Shown here one piece after another: positions 57,200 through 64,000 of a stretch of 64,000 nt of DNA; the stretch's first letter is position 1; every line of letters starts with the position of its first letter. The translations under genes and the position numbers were made by a program. The stretch is from Octopus vulgaris (lineage: Eukaryota). The stretch lies in contig OX597818.1 in NCBI GenBank assembly GCA_951406725.2, positions 13,082,001 through 13,146,000 of the forward strand, given 5' to 3'. The notes below the pieces were generated by a model that saw only the letters and a list, made by a program, of their open reading frames with translations, was not told where the DNA came from and did not search any database.

Positions 57200-60100
57200 A
57201 TATATATATGCATATATATATATATATATATATATACACGTATAATCCAAGGATTAAATATACTCACATATCACGTCTTTGTACAGATACCAAGATAAGT
57301 AGTGTCACATACATCTTGTCAAAATACACAGCTGTTGTATGCGAAATATAGGTAAACTGATTTCGAATCACTTAATTTTTTTTATCCTATAAATTATCTA
57401 TTTTGATGCGCTAGCACGGCCATTGTAATTCAGGTACAATGTCATAACTGACCATCAGGGCTCTTGTGGCAGCACCAAGTACCATCGAGCAACTTCGACT
57501 AATATTGATATTCGATCAATACGTCATTGTTTGATTATTCCGCCCACCTTCCATCAAATGTGATGTTAGACAAAAGCGTATCATAATGAGTATTTGTTTT
57601 GTCGATTCCTGGACAATAAGAGGCTGGATGCCAATTTTAGTCTTTGTATTGACCAAAATTATTAGCATAAAATTTCATTTGTTTAGATCCCACAAGAAAA
57701 AAGGAGTACGGGTTACTACTTGGCATTCATATATGTAATAATATTATACGTTTGTCTAACGGACAAAAAGAGTTGAAATAGTCATATCTGAGTATTTGTT
57801 TCGCCCAGTATTAATAGTTATACTAGAAACGTGAGTAAACAGAACAAAAGCCAAAAACGACTATATAGCACAAAGACAGACACTGAGACCACACACACAC
57901 ACACACATATACACGCAAACATGCACTCACACAAACATGCACACACTTACGCACTTACACAGACATACAGACTCATAGGCATACATTAGAAAACGTCGAA
58001 GGTGAAATGTACGTCAATTTAAGGGAAAATGAGACATAAGAGAGTAGTCTGAATGTTATAAAGAAAGGGTAGATTCAAATGACAGGATGCCTTGCTTCCG
58101 AATCCTTGCTGTCTTAAAGCAAATCAGGCGACGATATCAACATTATCTCCACCACTATTAACAACAATATTATAAATTCAGTAAAAGAACTGTAACAGCA
58201 GTATGAATGCTGGTTATTTTATTGTGTTTAGTTGTCAACTTTTGATAACCAGACACCAATAATCCATTCGCAAGGACCCCTTTGCAAACACCAATCATAT
58301 CATTGTTTATCGCCACTGTCATCACAACTAGGACATTAGTATTGGCTCCTTGAAACACCACCAACCACAGAAACAACGTCATCAACTCGAAGAACACTAA
58401 CAGCGTTTACAGCAGCAACAGTAATAGAAGGAGAAACTGCAACAGTAGCAAACCCATCGGTGACAGTAACATCAGTAGCAAGAGCAACATCAATTACCAT
58501 AGTAGCACCGAAGCAATGACACTAAAGAGCAGACAATAATAACACTAACAACAGTAAGGAGGAGACAGTCGTGGCAATAATCTCTCAAAGGTATTTATAC
58601 CACCTCTCTCACTCCCTAGTCTATCTTGTTCTGTCTCTTCCTCTCTCTACAAGTTAAACGAAAGAATTAAAAGATGTTCATCGATTCAGAAAAGAATTGC
58701 TGAGAAAGCGGGACTCGTACTCTAGCTGAAACCGGTAGGGACTCTGTTACATATCACTGTGTGAGTTTAACATCGTCTCAAGAGACCTAGCTTGGAAACA
58801 CTGGGATACTTTGCATATCTAAAGTGTAGATCTGTCCACGCCTTCCAGACATCTCTATGTTACATAATGCTACTGCTTTTACATGTGATGTTTTTCCGAG
58901 TTTTATGCTTTTAAATAGGGTGCGATATGTAAATAATGCGCTCTCTCACTCGCCATCCAATGTCGGGGGAAAAAATAATTTTCAAAGTAAACATTACAAC
59001 CTATAATAGTTGAAAATAGAATTTTCTAGGTGTTAGCCAGTTAGTTTATTATGCATAGTGTAACAAATTTCAACACCAGGAGTATAAACATAATTCGAAA
59101 TAAAAACTTGTTCAGTTCAAGAAAAACATCCTATTCAACGAAGGTCAAATTTTACAAGTGTAGACTGGTTAAAAATATGATTTTGCAAATAAAAGATAAT
59201 TGTCTAAGATATAAATATATAAAATAAGGCAAAAAAAGTACAAAACAACAGTATTATGTTATAGGATGATAATGAAGGTAAAGGTAATGTAAATAACTAT
59301 AAATTAGGAGTTATATAGGGCTTAGGAAAGATAAAACTAATGAAGCCAGAAATATGGAATTAATGAAAAGGAAGACACAAACAAGGAATTTTGTAAGACA
59401 AGAGATTGCAGATTTTGAAATTTCTCTTAAACATCCAGGCGTGTAGGAAGAGAATGTCAAATGACTATGATTAAATCAATACATTTGTTTTCGATATTGT
59501 ACTCTGTTCCATATTTTATCTATGAAATTAACTACATATATGTGTGTGTCGTAGTGAACCAGCAAATGATTCGGATGGTATTTTCTATAAACTGACAAGG
59601 CGAGTTAGCTTTAACCCTAGGCAAAAGAGTAACGTCACCGATGTCGATGAATTTGATCTGAAAATTTGATATGGTACCCTTATATGCATAGGGAGCTTCT
59701 CTCCCTTGTCAGGGAATAGATAACTTTTTTCTTACGGAAAATGTCCTAATGGCTAATTGTTTACACTCTTATTTTTAGCAACACTGGTACTTACTTGCAC
59801 CTTTAGTCACTCTTGCTGACATTAGTACTTACGTCATTTGGTTTTATATTGCGAATAGCCAATTTAATAATCATATATATATTCCGAATATGTGTAAATG
59901 TGTAGAAAATGATATATCAGTTGAATCAAATCAAAAGATGATCTGGTTTTCACGTTTTTTATTATGGTATTTTAAAACAATTTATATACTTTTATAATGT
60001 TGAAGTGTGTTAGACAGTAAAAAGAAATATTTTGTAAGCTTCCTAAAGTTCAATTAGCACTTTCATAATTTCGTAATAATCATCAGATTTCAAAATGTAT

Positions 60101-60265
60101 TTAATTGGTTGTTGAGTTCTTCACAACTGTAGTAAGATGACTGACTTCTTTCTTTTTGTATCTCTTAGTATGTCCCAACAAGCCGAATTTCAGGAATACG
60201 TTTTTGACCAATCCTCATGCAGCTTAAACATCACGGTTTGTCGGGCTTACCTATATTACTGGCAT

Positions 60266-60908
60266 AGATACCGCGTTCTTATTAACCAACTCGTTTTCTG
60301 TTTACGAGTAATGGTTTCATGAGTGAGCAAACGTAGATGGTTTTGATCGATTTCATTTCAATTGATGGGAGTCTTATGTAATTTGTTTATATTCTTATGT
60401 TAAAGATATTTTTAATCCACATCATTAACTGGTTCTTATATCATTGTTGTTATTTCCGTTCTGAACAGATTTGAACATTTTAATAAACCGTCATTTTAAA
60501 TCTTTCTTCAAACCTCAATTCTGTAGTTTGTGTAAAGGAAAATTGGAAACATTTTCTGGCCACATGTTTTTATATGTTCGCTGAATGGAACTTGGCGAAC
60601 ATTAATGCTCCGGAGTTGTTGTCTGAGGACTCGTGATCGTTCCCATGATGCATTACCTGTCTAGCCAATATATAGTTCCTCGCAATACGGGCATTTAATG
60701 TAGTAGATCAAATTTATGCTTTTGCAGCTCACATCTGCATTTGCGAAAATCTGTCCATTCTTTTTGTTCTGATGGATTCACCAGTATGCATGCATTGGCA
60801 GGTCCCACATTTGTTATCATTACACTTGGATACTGTGAATGTTTTATCCTCTTTGTTCATGTTCAATTTTGGATACTGTGAATGTTTTATCCTCTTTGTT
60901 CATGTTCA
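60266..60908 (-). mobile_element. PLE GIY-YIG endonuclease fragment and 3' region
   Basis: KCNDNKCGTC...SCKSINLIYYIKCPYCEELYIG*TG...FSEHI. Confidence 0.85.
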
Positions 60909-60959
60909 TATATATATGTGAACATTACAAAAATTTTTTATATATATATATATATATAA

Positions 60960-61030
<71 letters not shown>

Positions 61031-61210
61031 AACAGCACGGATTTTTGTCAGTGAACAGGTCGCGGTCTTAAAGCGACGAAAATATTTTGACAAATTAAAC
61101 TTAAATGTTGAAGCGAATCGAACGGCTTTTGTATGTTTCTTAAATGGCTTACAAACACCTTCCACGCTGCAATTGTTTTCGTCTCAGCACACGATGCAAG
61201 CACATCTCCG

Positions 61211-61250
<40 letters not shown>

Positions 61251-61255
<5 letters not shown>

Positions 61256-61524
61256 TTGTTATCGTCATATTAATATGGCAGTCTTATAGATATAAGACTA
61301 AAAGCTGTCGCTGATTAGCTCAAAGGGCAAATACCCTGAAACGCGTCTGTAGCTGTCTGACTAGCAGTGTGAAGCGGCTGACCTCCCTTGTTCGAAGGTT
61401 ATAATGGACACAGTTTGTGTGTCAAATAGCTATCTTAAGGCGATGGCCTCATGGAGCTAATCAGCGACAGCTTTTAGTCTTATATCTATAAGACTGCCAT
61501 ATTAATATGGCGATAACAATTAAT
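61251..61524. repeat. Inverted repeat, 71-bp arms; spacer begins with a half hammerhead
   Basis: 61251-61321 is the reverse complement of 61454-61524; spacer has AGGG caaata CCCT-GAAAC gc GTC. Confidence 0.8.
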
Positions 61525-62229
61525 TTCCAGTAACGCTGCCGTAATCTCTTTTAGAGAGACTTAGTAATTTTAATATTCTTATATATATATATTATATTAA
61601 ATTAGAGATAAAACCACTATTAGGCAAATCAAACAGTGAAAAACATAAGCCAATAAATAAGATTTAATTAAAAATATAAAAGTTAAAAATAAAAAATTAT
61701 TTAAATATGTATATATAATGTAAAATTTAATATATGGCATATTTAGTTGGTACATAGAAAGAATTTGTAGATGGTAATTAATTTCATGTAATCATGTCAA
61801 AAGATACAAAAACACAATATCTGGTATGACGGAAGTATGCACTTGCATATAGTTTGTCAAGTTTGTTATTCCTTAAAGTGAATAATATTTTGATTTGATT
61901 AAGCAAAAGTATACAAATTCTATACAAGCAACAAGAAGAACAAATGACAAAATACTGATTGATTTAAGATAAACTGAGTAGAAAAAAGGGTTATTAATTT
62001 TTGGTGTTTTCAAATCAGTTTTTATATAGTGCGAGGATTGTCACTTATATACTCGTCCGATATCGAGAGGCGAGCTTACTTACAAAATATACGAAAATAT
62101 ACGCTATATATGCGTGTGCGAGCGCGCACCCGTGTGCGAATATGTGTGCGTGCGTGTGTATAGGGGGATGGTGCTGCCATTGTTGGATGTTCTTTGCACA
62201 TGACACATTTAGAGCAAAATGTATATGTG

Positions 62230-62700
62230 TTTGATGTCATTGACATTTACGGTATGATCCTGTTTCGTTAACTCCATTCCGAACATCGCATTAGAATAGA
62301 ACTAATATTAAATGTAAATAATTTATATTAAGATTTGTACCAGTTTCATTAGAAATAAAACACAACACCGCTAATATCCATACCCATCAATTCCGAGTTA
62401 GCTTTAAAGAATTTACTACCATCAGTAATGCTTAAGGGAAAAATCTGTGAGATAAGTGGATAAAAAACTATGAATATTTTATGAACAGAATAACAGGAAT
62501 GAGATTACGAAAACACACTTGACATACGCATACATAGCAAGATGTATGCTATTTTTATCGATGTGTGCGGACAGTTACCTTTTAAAATCTATAAGATTTA
62601 CTGTTTTTGTGGTTTATGAAAAGCATTATGGTTGGTATTCATTGCAAAATAATTAGATGTCTTTTTATCACCTTCGCTGGAATGGATGTCAGATTTATAA
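62230..62700 (-). pseudogene. Highly degenerate PLE RT fragment
   Basis: Frameshifted remnants FFKANS..MGMDISG and YR..VNDI. Confidence 0.35.
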
Positions 62701-63209
62701 TAGTCATTTTCTTCGTTTTTAATGTTTTTAATAATGGTTCTTGGAAAATGAGCATAAGAATAAAGGCTAGATATCAATAGGTCTGAGGTGAAACCAGCCC
62801 AAGTTTTGAGTTGTTAGCAAAAACTAAACATTGTTTTACGATAACTTTAGCCAAGCAATTTGATATTAGGGAGTAGTTACTAGGAACAAGGTTTTAGTGC
62901 TTTTAGTGTTTTAATTTTATTGGCTAATATTCTCATATGTATTAAGTTTGCCGGTATTATATGAAAAGTTACGCTTTAAATTTGTAGCCAGTTGAATACA
63001 AATATTATGTGGAAATTTATGGCTTAAGAGGATATGTATTTTAAGAAAGTCCGTAATGTTTGAAAATTAAGACAAGTTCACGTTTCATATTCCAAGTTTA
63101 TATATGTTGATATGTAAGAAATTTTGTGAACTATGCTCCTAAGAGCCCATATAGTTCGATTTGTTTTTGCTCCGCTTCTGTTCTGTTTTTGTTTTTCCAA
63201 CGGATTTCC

Positions 63210-63303
63210 TATTTTCTTCCTGAAGAGAAAGACAAAATATGGTCCCATTATTCAATCGGATTTTGGTAATTTGTGCCTTTCGAAACACGTGTAGAATGAA
63301 ATA
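63210..63303 (+). ncRNA. Canonical type I hammerhead
   Basis: TATTTTCTTC-CTGAAGA-GAAAG...CTTTC-GAAAC acgt GTA-GAATGAAATA; palindromic ACACGTGT. Confidence 0.75.
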
Positions 63304-63379
63304 AAACGATTTCTGTTCAATCTGCGTTCAGCTCCATTTCTTCAATTCACCAATAATGTTATATATATATATATATTCT

Positions 63380-63550
63380 TCGGTCTTTTATTCTTTTGTT
63401 TTAGTCATTTCACTGCGGACATGTTGGAGCACCACCTTTAGTCGAACAAATCGACCCCAGGACTTATTCTTTGTACGCCTGGTACTTATTTTATCGGTCT
63501 TGCCGAAATGCTAAGTAACTCGGACATAAGCACGCCGTCATCTGTTGTTA
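63380..63550 (-). mobile_element. SINE family A, 3' fragment
   Basis: GGAGCACCACCTTTAGTCGAACAAATCGACCCCAGGAC. Confidence 0.7.
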
Positions 63551-63617
63551 ACTAACTGACACACAAAGCTTTGCATGCATACATACATACATACATACAT
63601 AAATACATAATACATAC

Positions 63618-63722
<105 letters not shown>

Positions 63723-63741
63723 TATAATATATATATATATT

Positions 63742-63917
<176 letters not shown>

Positions 63918-63949
63918 TTTATTTTAAGCAGCAGAAAATTCAACAAAAT

Positions 63950-63982
63950 CTGTTACTCCGAGTTTCTCGTTGCCGTTCATCA
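63950..63982 (-). ncRNA. 5'-truncated hammerhead motif
   Basis: Minus strand: (TA)n-TGATGA-ACG gcaa CGA-GAAAC tcgga GTA-ACAG. Confidence 0.45.
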
Positions 63983-64000
63983 TATATATACGACGGCCTT

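Noticed and set aside
58695-58742. Functional hammerhead (CTGAGAA-AGC...GCT-GAAACCGGTA)
   Set aside because: C3-A8 mismatch and no stem I pairing; counted only as a remnant

Overview
AT-rich, microsatellite-dense eukaryotic DNA. The SINE families suggest a cephalopod, probably Octopus (inference). I cannot support any intact host gene, and nearly all ORFs in the track are translations of simple repeats. The window is a mosaic of mobile-element debris: a nested and tandem non-autonomous Helitron cluster (184-2809); many R4/Dong-like RLE LINE fragments and a ~570-bp non-coding family, both lodged in (TAA)n-type tracts; tRNA-derived SINEs; two mariner fragments; one L1/Tx1 fragment; and several Penelope-like element (PLE) RT and GIY-YIG remnants. 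The most notable hidden layer is about ten type I hammerhead ribozyme motifs, intact or degenerate and mostly with palindromic stem III. Many lie in fold-back modules embedded in (TA)n tracts, including a 559-bp terminally redundant, retrozyme-like unit at 24.0-25.2 kb. All calls were made by eye and element boundaries are approximate.
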